From Anaerohalosphaeraceae bacterium (GTDB lineage: Bacteria > Planctomycetota > Phycisphaerae > Sedimentisphaerales > Anaerohalosphaeraceae): a DNA stretch of 64,000 nucleotides. Below, piece by piece: positions 29,862 through 40,352 of this stretch (within the stretch, counting starts at the first letter, position 1; every line of letters starts with the position of its first letter). The position numbers were made by a program, and so were the translations under genes. The stretch lies in contig CAXXSL010000011.1 of the NCBI GenBank assembly GCA_963675525.2, positions 224,001 through 288,000 on the forward strand, in the 5' to 3' direction. The notes under the pieces were generated by a model. It was not told the DNA's origin. It was given only the letters and a program-made list of their open reading frames with translations, and searched no databases.

Positions 29862-31829
29862 CTATAATCGAATTTTAGAATTATACACAAACCATTCCAC
29901 GAAAACCAGCAACAGAACTGTTGCGACGATATAAGGCCATATCGCTAAATTAAACCGCTTAATCTCAACTTCGCTGGCTTTGATATCCTGCCCGGTGACC
30001 GTCAGTTGTGCTTGCGGGCGGATATTGCTTTCTTCCCTGTTCAGCAAATTCACCGCGAATAGTCTGGGGTCGGAATCAAGCATTTCAAGGTAATATAAAC
30101 CCACTCGCTCCATTATAGGAAGATGTAATTTCCCGCTTTCTGTTACAATAATTTTTTCATTTTCATAGATAGGGCCATAAAATATCCCCTCAGTGCCTGC
30201 TTTAAATCCCTGTAAAATCATCGGTTCGGCCACGTTTAACTCTGTCTTTTCGCTAAGTCCCGCTTTTTCGGCAAGATAGGAAATTGAATTATAAACAAAC
30301 ATGACAAATCCGGGTTCAAACGGCCAGTTGCTTTCCATAACATCAAATCCTACCAGGATAAAAGTGCTGTTGTTCCTTTGGATAAGCCCGATAGCCGGAG
30401 CATGGTCAAACTCCGCCAGCAGTTCAGCATCCCGCGGCAAGTTCATTTGGTAATATTTGCCGACAAATAAATTCTCCATATTCACATGGTTTAGCACAGG
30501 GTGCTTAGCTCGATAATCAACAACAATCTGATTTTCATCCTGCTTAACAATTTCAACGTCGATTCCTTCGGGGGCCTTTCCGAAGACGAGATAAGAACCT
30601 CTTGCGACTTTTTGTCCGTCGTGCTGATCCAGGACAACAATATCGTAAGGTCTTGCCAGTTCCATCATTTCGCTATCCATCAGTGAAAATTCTTGCGGAG
30701 TACATTTATACAGTTTGACCTGCCGACAGGCCTTAAGGGCAGACTCAAGTACCCGGTTGTCGTTGGTCACAAGTAGGGCCTTGACGTCTTTGGGAGCTGA
30801 AATAACAGCCCATGCAACATCATCAGCCACTAAAGAATCCTTTCTTAGCTGTCGCAGTTCAATGACCCCGTCTTCCAGAGATGAAATATTGAAGTCGACA
30901 CTGATTTGTCCGTTTTTCTCTTCTTTTGTGAGCGGGTCAACACTTTTTCCGAGAATTGTAATGTTTTTCACCGTTTTTAAGTCACCGTTAATACTCAGTT
31001 CCAACTCGGTACTAACGGTTGAGTCATTGTAATTTGTCAGTATCGCAAAAACATTCACCTGTTCGGCATCCTCAAATGACCGTCTCGCTTTCATTGATGT
31101 AATCGCAACATTATCCGAGGAAGTTCCAATGGCTTGATAGATCATCTCGTCTTCTGCGATTTTGAGATTCTGAACGTCCTGGATACCGCCATCGCTGAAA
31201 AGTAAGATCTTGGCGGTTTGCTCAGAGCTGCGGTTATTCGATTCAATATCAGGTGTTTGGCAATAAGCTCTTGCCAGCACGAGGCCCTGTCCCAGATTGG
31301 TACCGCCGTCACCGGGTCTTATCTGTTCAATCGAATTGACCAATTGTTCTTTGTTTGAGGTAAAGTTGCAGACAACCTTGGCGTTGTCATTAATCGTTAC
31401 GATCATGACCTGTGCCGGTTGACGCTTGAGGGAAAAAAAGGACCCCTCTGTCAAAGACCGAACAAAAATCACTGCCTGTTCTTTTGCATATTCCAGCCTG
31501 CTCGGCTTGACATCCGAGGCATTCATGCTTGCGGAATTATCGATTAGCAAGACGTATCGTTGTGTCTTTAAGGAATGCAACGATAAGACGGGGCCTGCCA
31601 GTGCCGCCAAAACAGCAAGCAACATCAGAAGCTGGAGAAACAGCAGAATGTTACGCCGCAACCGTTGAAACGGCGCATTAACCTGCAAGTCCTGCACGGC
31701 CCGCTTCCAGAGAAGCGTACTGGACACAACTTTATCCTGCCGCTTAAGCTTTAAAAAGTATAGCAGCAAAAAAAGTGGTACCGTAATCAGGCCCGCATAT
31801 AATGCTGTTAATGGACTCAGCCAGTTCAT
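29862..31829 (-). CDS. BatA N-terminal + VWA domain protein
   Basis: PLFLLLYFLKLKR...SSTLLW..LRRNILLFLQLL; MIDAS DNSASM; LFSDG; C-terminal LLVFVEW. Confidence 0.9.
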   Translation of the reverse strand: MNWLSPLTALYAGLITVPLFLLLYFLKLKRQDKVVSSTLLWKRAVQDLQVNAPFQRLRRNILLFLQLLMLLAVLAALAGPVLSLHSLKTQRYVLLIDNSASMNASDVKPSRLEYAKEQAVIFVRSLTEGSFFSLKRQPAQVMIVTINDNAKVVCNFTSNKEQLVNSIEQIRPGDGGTNLGQGLVLARAYCQTPDIESNNRSSEQTAKILLFSDGGIQDVQNLKIAEDEMIYQAIGTSSDNVAITSMKARRSFEDAEQVNVFAILTNYNDSTVSTELELSINGDLKTVKNITILGKSVDPLTKEEKNGQISVDFNISSLEDGVIELRQLRKDSLVADDVAWAVISAPKDVKALLVTNDNRVLESALKACRQVKLYKCTPQEFSLMDSEMMELARPYDIVVLDQHDGQKVARGSYLVFGKAPEGIDVEIVKQDENQIVVDYRAKHPVLNHVNMENLFVGKYYQMNLPRDAELLAEFDHAPAIGLIQRNNSTFILVGFDVMESNWPFEPGFVMFVYNSISYLAEKAGLSEKTELNVAEPMILQGFKAGTEGIFYGPIYENEKIIVTESGKLHLPIMERVGLYYLEMLDSDPRLFAVNLLNREESNIRPQAQLTVTGQDIKASEVEIKRFNLAIWPYIVATVLLLVFVEWFVYNSKIRL

Positions 31830-31844
31830 TCTATATCATATTCC

Positions 31845-32744
31845 TTATCTTAACAGTCTTATCCGTCTTAAGTAATTTAAGACCAGTAATTCCACTGAAT
31901 CCGATGATTTGGCAGGCACATAGCTTGCCCCGTTTCGAGTACAAAAATCCTTCAGTTCGCTACAATAGGCGGATAGATTTCTTTTGTAATATTTTATCAG
32001 TGCTGTACTGATTGTCACCTCAGCGACGTCAGCATCTTCAATGTCCACCAGCTTTAAATCACCGGTAAGGTCCGGTTCAAGCTCCTGCGGTGAAAGGACC
32101 TGAATGGCATAGAGGTCATACCCACGGCCAACAATCCGTCGCAATGCAGACTCATAACCTTCTTTAAACAGGAAATCCGACACTAATATCATAATCCCCG
32201 AACCGGCCTGAGAAGCCGCCAATTGCTTACAAACATTCTCAAAGTCTGTTGCTCCCTCGCAGTCAGCGTCCAGTAGCAACTCGGCCATATTAGATAAATA
32301 ATTCCTTCCTCGCATATATTTCAACTGGTTGACAATGCCAAGATTAAAAGTGCTTAATGTCATCCTGTTATTATTGACAAGGCTGACATATCCTAATGCT
32401 GCCGCCAATTTTTTGATAAATTCAGATTTAACGGGTTGACCGTAATTGACAGAACCACTGATATCAATGGCAATATGAACCGTTAAATCCTGCTCCTCCA
32501 TAAATAGCTTTAAAAACAATTTCTCTAGCCGGGCATAAATATTCCAGTCCACAAACCTTAAGTCGTCACCGACAACATAAGGACGATGATCGGCGAATTC
32601 AATGCTCTGACCTCTGCGTTTGGATCGTCTCTGGCCCTGCAGTTTCCCATGGAGAATTTTTTTGCTCAAGACGTCCAAAGAATCCAGCTTGGCCATAAAA
32701 TCAGGATCCAGCAGTTCAGTTAATTTTTTTCTGCGATTACTCAC
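31845..32744 (-). CDS. DUF58 family protein
   Basis: G.RRS.RRGQSIEFADHRPY..GDDLRFVDWN.YAR; DISGS; VSDF. Confidence 0.93.
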   Translation of the reverse strand: MSNRRKKLTELLDPDFMAKLDSLDVLSKKILHGKLQGQRRSKRRGQSIEFADHRPYVVGDDLRFVDWNIYARLEKLFLKLFMEEQDLTVHIAIDISGSVNYGQPVKSEFIKKLAAALGYVSLVNNNRMTLSTFNLGIVNQLKYMRGRNYLSNMAELLLDADCEGATDFENVCKQLAASQAGSGIMILVSDFLFKEGYESALRRIVGRGYDLYAIQVLSPQELEPDLTGDLKLVDIEDADVAEVTISTALIKYYKRNLSAYCSELKDFCTRNGASYVPAKSSDSVELLVLNYLRRIRLLR

Positions 32745-32772
32745 GGCGTCTATCGACTTTCCTTACTATTCG

Positions 32773-33798
32773 TTAGTGACTGATTGTTTCGGCTGAGGTT
32801 GGGATATCACTGATAATCTGATTTAAAACATCATCATTGGAAACCCCTTCGGCCTGCGCTTCAAAGTTTAACAGAATACGGTGCCTCAGTGCCGCCAGAC
32901 AAGACTCTCTTATATCGGAAAAGCTGATATGGTATCGTTCATCCAACATTGCCCGGACTTTTGCGGCCAATATAATGGACTGCACGCCTCGCGGAGAAGA
33001 ACCAAACCGAATATACTGATTGGTAATATTAGCGGCATACTCACCCTGTGGATGTGTTGCCAGAACAAGCCGAATAGCATAGTCCTGCACATGGTCAGCG
33101 ACGGCAACGCGCCGGACCAAATGCTGGGCTTCCATAATTTGTTCTGTATTGAGAACCGCTTTAGCTTCCGGATGTTCAGCAGTCGTGGTTCGATTCAATA
33201 TCGTTGCCAGTTCATTCCGGTTACTATACGGAACCAGTAACTTGAAGAAAAAACGGTCGAGCTGAGCTTCCGGCAAAGGGTAAGTTCCTTCCTGTTCAAT
33301 TGGATTCTGTGTTGCAAGTACAATAAACGGTTCCGGTAGTTTGCGGACCGCTCCGGAACTGGTTACCGAATGTTCCTGCATGGCTTCAAGCATTGCCGAC
33401 TGTGTTTTGGGTGTCGCTCGATTGACTTCATCGGCAAGTATGATTTGTGCAAAAATCGGCCCTTTCTGGAACTCAAAGAATCGCTTGCCGCTGCTTTTGT
33501 CTTCAATCAGCATGTTGGTCCCGATGATATCGGCCGGCATTAAATCCGGCGTAAACTGGATTCTTGAAAAGTCCAGCGACAACGCCTGACTTAAGGTTCT
33601 AACCAGTAATGTCTTGCCAAGCCCTGGAACGCCTTCTAATAATACATGACCGCCGCAAAACAAAGCAATTAACACATTATCAACAATGTCTCCATGCCCC
33701 ACAATGACTTTGCCAATTTCACTTCTGAGCTTTTCAAACATCAATCGAAATTCGTGACATTTTTTCTCAACATCTTTTATCGTCTCTGACATTTTCAT
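32773..33798 (-). CDS. moxR: MoxR family AAA+ ATPase
   Basis: HVLLEGVPGLGKT, RIQFTPDLMPADI, DEVNRATPKTQSAMLEAMQE, EGTYPLPEAQLDRF. Confidence 0.95.
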   Translation of the reverse strand: MKMSETIKDVEKKCHEFRLMFEKLRSEIGKVIVGHGDIVDNVLIALFCGGHVLLEGVPGLGKTLLVRTLSQALSLDFSRIQFTPDLMPADIIGTNMLIEDKSSGKRFFEFQKGPIFAQIILADEVNRATPKTQSAMLEAMQEHSVTSSGAVRKLPEPFIVLATQNPIEQEGTYPLPEAQLDRFFFKLLVPYSNRNELATILNRTTTAEHPEAKAVLNTEQIMEAQHLVRRVAVADHVQDYAIRLVLATHPQGEYAANITNQYIRFGSSPRGVQSIILAAKVRAMLDERYHISFSDIRESCLAALRHRILLNFEAQAEGVSNDDVLNQIISDIPTSAETISH

Positions 33799-33815
33799 AT
33801 CTCCCGGAATTTGAG

Positions 33816-36758
33816 TTAATTCTTTTGATCTTCGTTTTTATCAATTGCCTTTTTCTTCGCCTTCAGAAGCTGTTGAATGTGGCTTTCTGCAGGCGGTTCT
33901 GTTTTTGGAGTTGATTTCTTTTCTTCTGCCGGCGGCGCTGCGACTTTTTTCTTTTGCAGACCATCCTCAAATGGTAATGATTCGACAACGTCGGCTTTTG
34001 CCTCATACCGTTTCTGTCGAATCTGTTTTTCTTCTTGATGTTCAAATTGTTTTTGAACCTGTTTCCGGGTCTTCTTGAGTTGTGCCAAGGTTTTTTGTGA
34101 GTCAGAATCTTCTTGGCTTCTCACGACTAAAGCGGCAAGCTTTTTCATCCCGGACCTGAAGTCAATCACAATACGACGAACAGCAACATCAAACAGAAAA
34201 ACAACCAGCCATAATATCAACAACGGCCTGGTTAGCGGAATTTGTGTTTTTGGAAACTGAACACCGGTTGAGTCGAAAAGATTCGCAGATTGCGGTTCAC
34301 TGTCAATTATTCGTCCGCCGGAGATTTCATGAACTTTTTTTAACAGTCCAATATTGTCCGTTAAATCACTAAACTCCGGCGCGAATGGAACTGTAAAAGG
34401 TGCTTGCATTAAAAGTTCTTTTTGTCCTTCGCCAATCTTCTTATATCGCAGGTTCAGCAGATAGCTACCTGATATGTCCGCCTCAAACTTCCCTTTATAT
34501 TGCCCCGGACCGGTCTGCGTTAAGGTTAGCTCCCGGCTAATAATGTCAGGCAGGATAACTTGGGCATTCATATTGGCCAAACGCATATATTCACCATTTT
34601 CATCAAGCGATTCAACATAGACATTAACGTCACGCCCCTGAACATCAACCATGATTTCGCAGTCTGAAGCCTGGGCGGGTTTTCCGGCCCATCTGACGAG
34701 TTGTTCAACAAACCGCTTGCCGTCACTCCAGTCAAGCCATTTGGCACCCCATCGGCTATCCAACGAACTTGTGAAAACCGCACTTCGCCCCAACCCGGCC
34801 TGACAGGACGCAACAACGGGGTCGCCTTCATTATTGGCGATCACGACGCGGCTTAAGCCTCCTTTAGCTCCTGTCAACACAAAACCATCCAGTGTTGGCA
34901 GAGGACCGCTAATTCCTTTTAGTATTTCGTCAATTGAGAAAGTGATTTGGGGCGTGAAGGTTTGTTCCAAAATCAGGGTTCGTTTGATAACCCGGGCCTC
35001 TTTAACAAATATCTGGGGAAGCTGTTGCGGGTCTTTTACATCATAAAATCGTCCGCCGGTATTCTGGGCGATCCATAGCAAACTCCGCACATCGGCAGGC
35101 GAATGCGGAAAAACAGCGACACCGGTACAGGTAATCCCGGCATCTTTGACTTGGTTCAGCAACGCCTTTGTCGGTGGAGCCGGATCGCCGTCACTAATGA
35201 CAATAATATGCTTTTGCCCGGCATCACAATCTTTTAAGGCATCATAGGCAAGCTGAATATGGGAGCCCAAGTCGGGCATGTCACCGACCGCCATCCGTTG
35301 AATGGCCGAAATCACACCTTCTTTGTCGCCCGCTTCCGACAGCGGATAGACCCAGTTATTATTTCCTTCCCAATTGTAGGAAAGCACACCAACAAGGTCA
35401 AGTCTGCTCAATGTTCGCACTGCCGCAATCGCTACCCGTTCCCCCCACAGATTCCCCTGAGGCATTTCACAGGAATGCATGATAAGTACCAATGCACCTT
35501 TTGGAAGCTGTTTTTTCTGAGGCGGGTCCAGATCAATTGGCAACACTTCCTGTACTGGGGACCCAATCCATCCACCGGCGCCGAATGCCTCCGGCCCGCC
35601 GGTCATCACCAGACCACCGCCGAGGTCTGTCACATATCGTACGAGTAGTTCCTGTTGTTGATAAGAAAAGTTATCACAACCGGTATTGGCCAGTATAACA
35701 GCATCGGTATCCATCAATTGAGCGGGGTTGTCCGGAAACTCAGACGTATGAATAACATCCACATCCAGTTCACATTCACTCAGCAACCGTACCACATGTG
35801 TTGCGGAGGTTCCATCCACATCAACCACCAGAACACGACCGGGGCCGGCAACATAAGTGACCGCTGAAATGCGATTATTGGCTTCAATCTGATCTTCAGA
35901 TGGAAAATTAGGCACGAAAACCGCCTCAAACTCGTGAACCCCTCTTGACCCGACCGGAAGCGACACCACGTGAACATTTGTTCCCGGCTTCAGGAAAACT
36001 TCAGCGGCAACTTCCGAACTGTCCGGTACCAGATCGACAGGTTTATTATTTAAGTTCAGATATATCTTTCCGGCACAGTTTGAGGTACTGTTCAGAACAA
36101 ATTTTAATGAAATGGTCTGATTGCTTCTGGCTCTTAAAGGGACACTGAGACGTTTAAAAATAACTTCGCTGGTATATTGATACTGCACCGGTAATACATC
36201 GATCGGTATTTTATTCATCGCCGCGATTTCCGCAGCCTGCTGCAAATCTCCCTCGGTTTGATTGCCATCGCTGATCAGCAGCAGCCTCGCAGCCGTGTTG
36301 GGTGGAACAATCGCAAGGCCCATCTGTATTCCTTCGGCCAGCTTACTTTGTTCCCCTCGAATAACCGTATTCCTCCGGCGGACTTCCGTATCTTTTGATG
36401 AAAGTTTTGAAATACTGGCTATTTCGGCAACATCAACAACCGCCAGATGATCCTTTTCCGGCTTATATTTCAGCGCTTCTTCAAGATAATTGATGCGATC
36501 TTCCAGCAGTTCATCCGGGATTGAGCGACTTCGATCCACCACCGCAATGACTGTTAATTCGTCACTCTCTTCAACCCGGGTAAATCGGGCAAGTAATAAG
36601 ACAAGAATTACAATGAGCACACAGCGTATCAAAATCGCCATCCATCGCCTTAGTGGGCTCAACGATTCCATTGAGCGAACCGCAATATAGACCACCGGCA
36701 CCAGCAGCAATAAAACCAATAGCCACATCGGCCGGAGGAAATCAAAACTTGATGTCAT
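33816..36758 (-). CDS. VWA + GATase1-like + VWA membrane protein
   Basis: DRSRS and ISDGNQT (VWA1); GGGLVMTGGPEAFGAGGW..SP..EVLP (GATase1-like); HSCEM and ISDGDP (VWA2); C-terminal DVAVRR TM. Confidence 0.88.
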   Translation of the reverse strand: MTSSFDFLRPMWLLVLLLLVPVVYIAVRSMESLSPLRRWMAILIRCVLIVILVLLLARFTRVEESDELTVIAVVDRSRSIPDELLEDRINYLEEALKYKPEKDHLAVVDVAEIASISKLSSKDTEVRRRNTVIRGEQSKLAEGIQMGLAIVPPNTAARLLLISDGNQTEGDLQQAAEIAAMNKIPIDVLPVQYQYTSEVIFKRLSVPLRARSNQTISLKFVLNSTSNCAGKIYLNLNNKPVDLVPDSSEVAAEVFLKPGTNVHVVSLPVGSRGVHEFEAVFVPNFPSEDQIEANNRISAVTYVAGPGRVLVVDVDGTSATHVVRLLSECELDVDVIHTSEFPDNPAQLMDTDAVILANTGCDNFSYQQQELLVRYVTDLGGGLVMTGGPEAFGAGGWIGSPVQEVLPIDLDPPQKKQLPKGALVLIMHSCEMPQGNLWGERVAIAAVRTLSRLDLVGVLSYNWEGNNNWVYPLSEAGDKEGVISAIQRMAVGDMPDLGSHIQLAYDALKDCDAGQKHIIVISDGDPAPPTKALLNQVKDAGITCTGVAVFPHSPADVRSLLWIAQNTGGRFYDVKDPQQLPQIFVKEARVIKRTLILEQTFTPQITFSIDEILKGISGPLPTLDGFVLTGAKGGLSRVVIANNEGDPVVASCQAGLGRSAVFTSSLDSRWGAKWLDWSDGKRFVEQLVRWAGKPAQASDCEIMVDVQGRDVNVYVESLDENGEYMRLANMNAQVILPDIISRELTLTQTGPGQYKGKFEADISGSYLLNLRYKKIGEGQKELLMQAPFTVPFAPEFSDLTDNIGLLKKVHEISGGRIIDSEPQSANLFDSTGVQFPKTQIPLTRPLLILWLVVFLFDVAVRRIVIDFRSGMKKLAALVVRSQEDSDSQKTLAQLKKTRKQVQKQFEHQEEKQIRQKRYEAKADVVESLPFEDGLQKKKVAAPPAEEKKSTPKTEPPAESHIQQLLKAKKKAIDKNEDQKN

Positions 36759-36760
36759 TG

Positions 36761-39208
36761 CTAAAATTGCCACACCTGAATCCTGTTATTGCCTGCATCT
36801 ACAATATAAACATATTCCCGGTCCACAACCAGTCCCCACGGATAAGCCAGTTCCCCGGCATTTCGTCCCGCCCGGCCATATACCGCAAGGCTTTCTCCTT
36901 GAGGGCTTAACATCTGTATTCGATTATTACCGTATTCACAAACAACAAGATTGCCCTTGTCGGACAATGCCAGGTCATAAGGATATCTCAGACAACCGGA
37001 TTCGGTGCCGATGTGACCAAGATACCGCACCAAATCACCTTCCAGCGTATAGACCGCTATTCGATGATTACACGCATCGGCAATATATAAATATTTATTT
37101 GATGCGTCAATGCAGATTGCCGAAGGTCTGGAGAATTGGCCTTCTCCAGTGCCCGGTTCTCCAAAGCAATATTGAAAGACTCCGTCCTTATCAAAAACAC
37201 TGATCCTATCATTACCGCCATATTCACTGACAAAAATTCGCCCATCTTTGTCAAAGGCAACATCGGTTGGGTAAATAAACTCCCCTTCTGCTTCTCCGAA
37301 TTTGCCAAATTCGTTGATAATCTGCCCCTGAGCATCAAAGACAACAATTCGATGATAATGCGTATCAGCGACATACAGATACCCATCTGGCCCGACACTC
37401 ATACCGGTGGGTTTGCCCGCTTCAATCTCAGGCATAGTATACTCCCCGATATATTGTCCTTTAAGTGAGATTCTTTGTATTCTTCCGGCTTTATCGATAA
37501 CATATAAAACGTTATCGTTAATATCGATCGCTCGAGGATAAACGAATTCTACTTTCCCTCTCCCCGTCCCACCAAATATCATAATAACGTCTGCTTCTGC
37601 TTGAATCGGTTTTTCGTCGCAACCGCAAAATAAAATACACAGCCCCACCAGCAGATAAAGAAGATGACTTCTGCCAGCCCGCTTTAAGAGGCAGACAACC
37701 ACTATGGACAAAGTGATGAAAACCAGGATCAATATAAGACATGACGCGATGACCTGGTCATCTCTGGCATAATGCATTTGATTCAGTAATCGCTGCGCAA
37801 AATTTGGCACCCCGGCACCCAGCAACACCATTGTTGCAGGAAGTTCAGTTACGCTGATCATTAACAGCAGAATAAATGCCGCTCCGATAAAACTCCGATT
37901 TTGTGGTATATAGATATACCTCAATTTCGCCCATCGACCGGCCCCATCGATATTTGCCATTTCCGCAATACGGTGGTCATCCGCTGTATGGCTCAGTTCT
38001 AATAAAATCAGTGCAACACCGCAGATACGGACTGCTTGTCCTACAGAAACCATCCACCACCCATGACTCCAGTTCGGTACCAGCAAATTAGCTGTCTTCA
38101 ATAACGAGATACCAACGAATGAACCGGGCAGCAACATCCCTGCAAATATACTGGTATAGACAATCCCTCGCAAACCTTTCCCCAAATATCCAAGGCGGTT
38201 CATTTTTTTTGCACCATATGCAAGAAAACAAGCCATCGCCACTGCGACAGACGAACTTAGCAACGACGCGCCAAGTTCATCACTGTGCAGTTTTATAAAG
38301 TTTACAAACGCCTGACTACCTTGGATATTTGTTATTAGGATCAGGAGAGGGATAAAGATTGAGATAAAAACCAATAATCCAAGGACGCTCCATTCCACCT
38401 TACCAACCTTCAGTGTTGCTTTCTTGGAAGGAATCTCTGCCCAATTTAACTGCAACAGTTCTCTGTGCAGAAAATAACCCGCAAGCACAGATACAAGAAT
38501 CAAGGGCCAGCCAGCCTTTAAAACCGCTGCCTCTGAACCTGTAAGTTCGTATAACACCCCAAGTGATGTTCCAATGGTTTTAACCCCTGCAAGATGGAAG
38601 GTTGAAAATTCAGAAAGTAGCAGAACAAAACATACCGCAAAACTCAGGATGATATTGCGCCATAATAATGGAAAAATAATATGCCTAAATCGTTGATACT
38701 TGCTTGTCTCCAGATTCGCCATTTCCAGTACATTGCTTCCGAGATTTTTCCAGCCACGGGCAAGAAGCAGGCTTGCCAGGGGCCAGTACCAAAGTATCAG
38801 TACAATTATTGTACTGATAGTTGCAATGGTCTTCGCAATATCAGAGTGACTAGACAATAATTTCCCGATGGGTGTTGTAGGGCTTAAAAGTAATGACCAT
38901 GCGTAATATTGAACGTATCGAGGCAATACCAATGGAATGATCATCACCAGCAACAGGCCGTTCTGTTTATTACTCAACGCAAGCAGTTTTCCCGGAACTG
39001 CTCCTAACAGCACAGATAAAATCGCAATAACACCTGCAAGTCCAAGCGTTTTTAGCGCAATTAAATAGAATAATTCTCCATTTGTCACCAGTCCCTGACA
39101 GCTTAACACACCCACAATGGATCTGACAAACGGCAGCATAAACACCAATAACCACAAAAGTAGAAAAGCAATCGCAAAATAAAAAGAATGTCTATCTCTT
39201 ATCGTCAA
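36761..39208 (-). CDS. Fe3+-type ABC permease (FbpB-like, two MetI halves) fused to a 6-bladed NHL beta-propeller
   Basis: EMANLE and EMANIDGA EAA loops, TELPAT; C-terminal NHL repeats (YPRAI, KPTGM, YPTDV, RPSAI, YPYDL, YPWGL; D..N.RI). Confidence 0.85.
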   Translation of the reverse strand: MTIRDRHSFYFAIAFLLLWLLVFMLPFVRSIVGVLSCQGLVTNGELFYLIALKTLGLAGVIAILSVLLGAVPGKLLALSNKQNGLLLVMIIPLVLPRYVQYYAWSLLLSPTTPIGKLLSSHSDIAKTIATISTIIVLILWYWPLASLLLARGWKNLGSNVLEMANLETSKYQRFRHIIFPLLWRNIILSFAVCFVLLLSEFSTFHLAGVKTIGTSLGVLYELTGSEAAVLKAGWPLILVSVLAGYFLHRELLQLNWAEIPSKKATLKVGKVEWSVLGLLVFISIFIPLLILITNIQGSQAFVNFIKLHSDELGASLLSSSVAVAMACFLAYGAKKMNRLGYLGKGLRGIVYTSIFAGMLLPGSFVGISLLKTANLLVPNWSHGWWMVSVGQAVRICGVALILLELSHTADDHRIAEMANIDGAGRWAKLRYIYIPQNRSFIGAAFILLLMISVTELPATMVLLGAGVPNFAQRLLNQMHYARDDQVIASCLILILVFITLSIVVVCLLKRAGRSHLLYLLVGLCILFCGCDEKPIQAEADVIMIFGGTGRGKVEFVYPRAIDINDNVLYVIDKAGRIQRISLKGQYIGEYTMPEIEAGKPTGMSVGPDGYLYVADTHYHRIVVFDAQGQIINEFGKFGEAEGEFIYPTDVAFDKDGRIFVSEYGGNDRISVFDKDGVFQYCFGEPGTGEGQFSRPSAICIDASNKYLYIADACNHRIAVYTLEGDLVRYLGHIGTESGCLRYPYDLALSDKGNLVVCEYGNNRIQMLSPQGESLAVYGRAGRNAGELAYPWGLVVDREYVYIVDAGNNRIQVWQF

Positions 39209-40230
39209 TCCAGTATTTCTCCCGCCCTTTGCAGCGCATATTCCAAATTTTCAGCCACCACTTCATAGTCAATCTTTAAAGGTTCGGAAATTTTATATTC
39301 AGCGTACAAATTAATATCAGTATGGTGATTTGGCATTACCGGCCAGTTATGCGAATCGCTTTCAAGCAGCATTTTTTCAACCTGCCCACCCAGCAGAAAG
39401 TCCATTAAAATATCAGCATTTTTTCGATGGGGCGATCCTTTGACAATGGCCGCTGTATTCGGAATGGTTAATGTTCCCTTTCCTGCTCGACGCAACATTT
39501 TCATTTCAACGGGCCAGTTGTTTCGCTTACCAGCATAGACATCGTCCGTGTCTGTCAAACAGACATCCGCTTGTCCCGTCGCAACCATTCGAACGGCGGT
39601 GCTGTTGCCATCTACAAGTTTGATTCCGTTGTCCTTAAGAGACTGAAGGAGTGGCTCAATATTTTCCTTACCGAACAGAACAAACCAACTTGCAACATCG
39701 CCGCCAGTGGTACCAAATTGAGGCCTTGCCATCACAACCCGATTTTTCCATTTTATATCTAACAACTCTTCGAGACTTGCGGGAGCCTGTTCATACAATA
39801 CGTTGTTTGTATTAAAGGCAATCACTCTCCCGCGAAGCCCAAACGCATACCATTTTTTACTGGAATCCATAAATGTTTCGGGCCAATTGGCAACGGTTTC
39901 GGAGTCAAACGGCTCAAGCAAATCCTCTTGTGCCAGACGAATCGTATAAAAAATCTCATTGGACCAGAGTACATCGGCATGAGGATTGTTTTTTTCAGCC
40001 CTGAGTTTCTGCACAAGACCGACCGTCTTACTTGCTTCAGTATCAAATCTCGCCAATACCTTGATGCCCGTCTGTTTTTCGAAATAGGCAATGATCGGCT
40101 CAGCAACGGCTTGATCAACCGAGCAGTAAAGAACCACTTCTTCAGTGGAAGAACCTTTCCGGCATGAAATAATTCCTCCTGCGATAACTCCCAATATTGC
40201 GATACAAAAAATCCTTCTGAATAAAACCAT
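39205..40230 (-). CDS. ABC substrate-binding lipoprotein (Fe3+/AfuA-FutA-like)
   Basis: lipobox-like IISC; VVLYCSVDQ, FEKQTGIKV, PHADVLWS, ARPQFGT, GNS, TDTDD, IPNT. Confidence 0.88.
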   Translation of the reverse strand: MVLFRRIFCIAILGVIAGGIISCRKGSSTEEVVLYCSVDQAVAEPIIAYFEKQTGIKVLARFDTEASKTVGLVQKLRAEKNNPHADVLWSNEIFYTIRLAQEDLLEPFDSETVANWPETFMDSSKKWYAFGLRGRVIAFNTNNVLYEQAPASLEELLDIKWKNRVVMARPQFGTTGGDVASWFVLFGKENIEPLLQSLKDNGIKLVDGNSTAVRMVATGQADVCLTDTDDVYAGKRNNWPVEMKMLRRAGKGTLTIPNTAAIVKGSPHRKNADILMDFLLGGQVEKMLLESDSHNWPVMPNHHTDINLYAEYKISEPLKIDYEVVAENLEYALQRAGEILD

Positions 40231-40352
40231 CCTTGTGCTCCATATTTTATGAGTACCATAATACCTATCGAAAAGTGGTCGCGGCTTTCCGTTTTCGCCA
40301 CAATATCGTTATATTAAAGGTAGCGGAGTGTGACCCTGATTTATTTTTCTGA

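Noticed and set aside
29862..36758. Anti-phage, CoxDE or RavA-ViaA interpretation of the MoxR-VWA genes
   Set aside because: The ATPase carries MoxR-proper motifs with DUF58/BatA partners; no nuclease, toxin or CODH genes nearby
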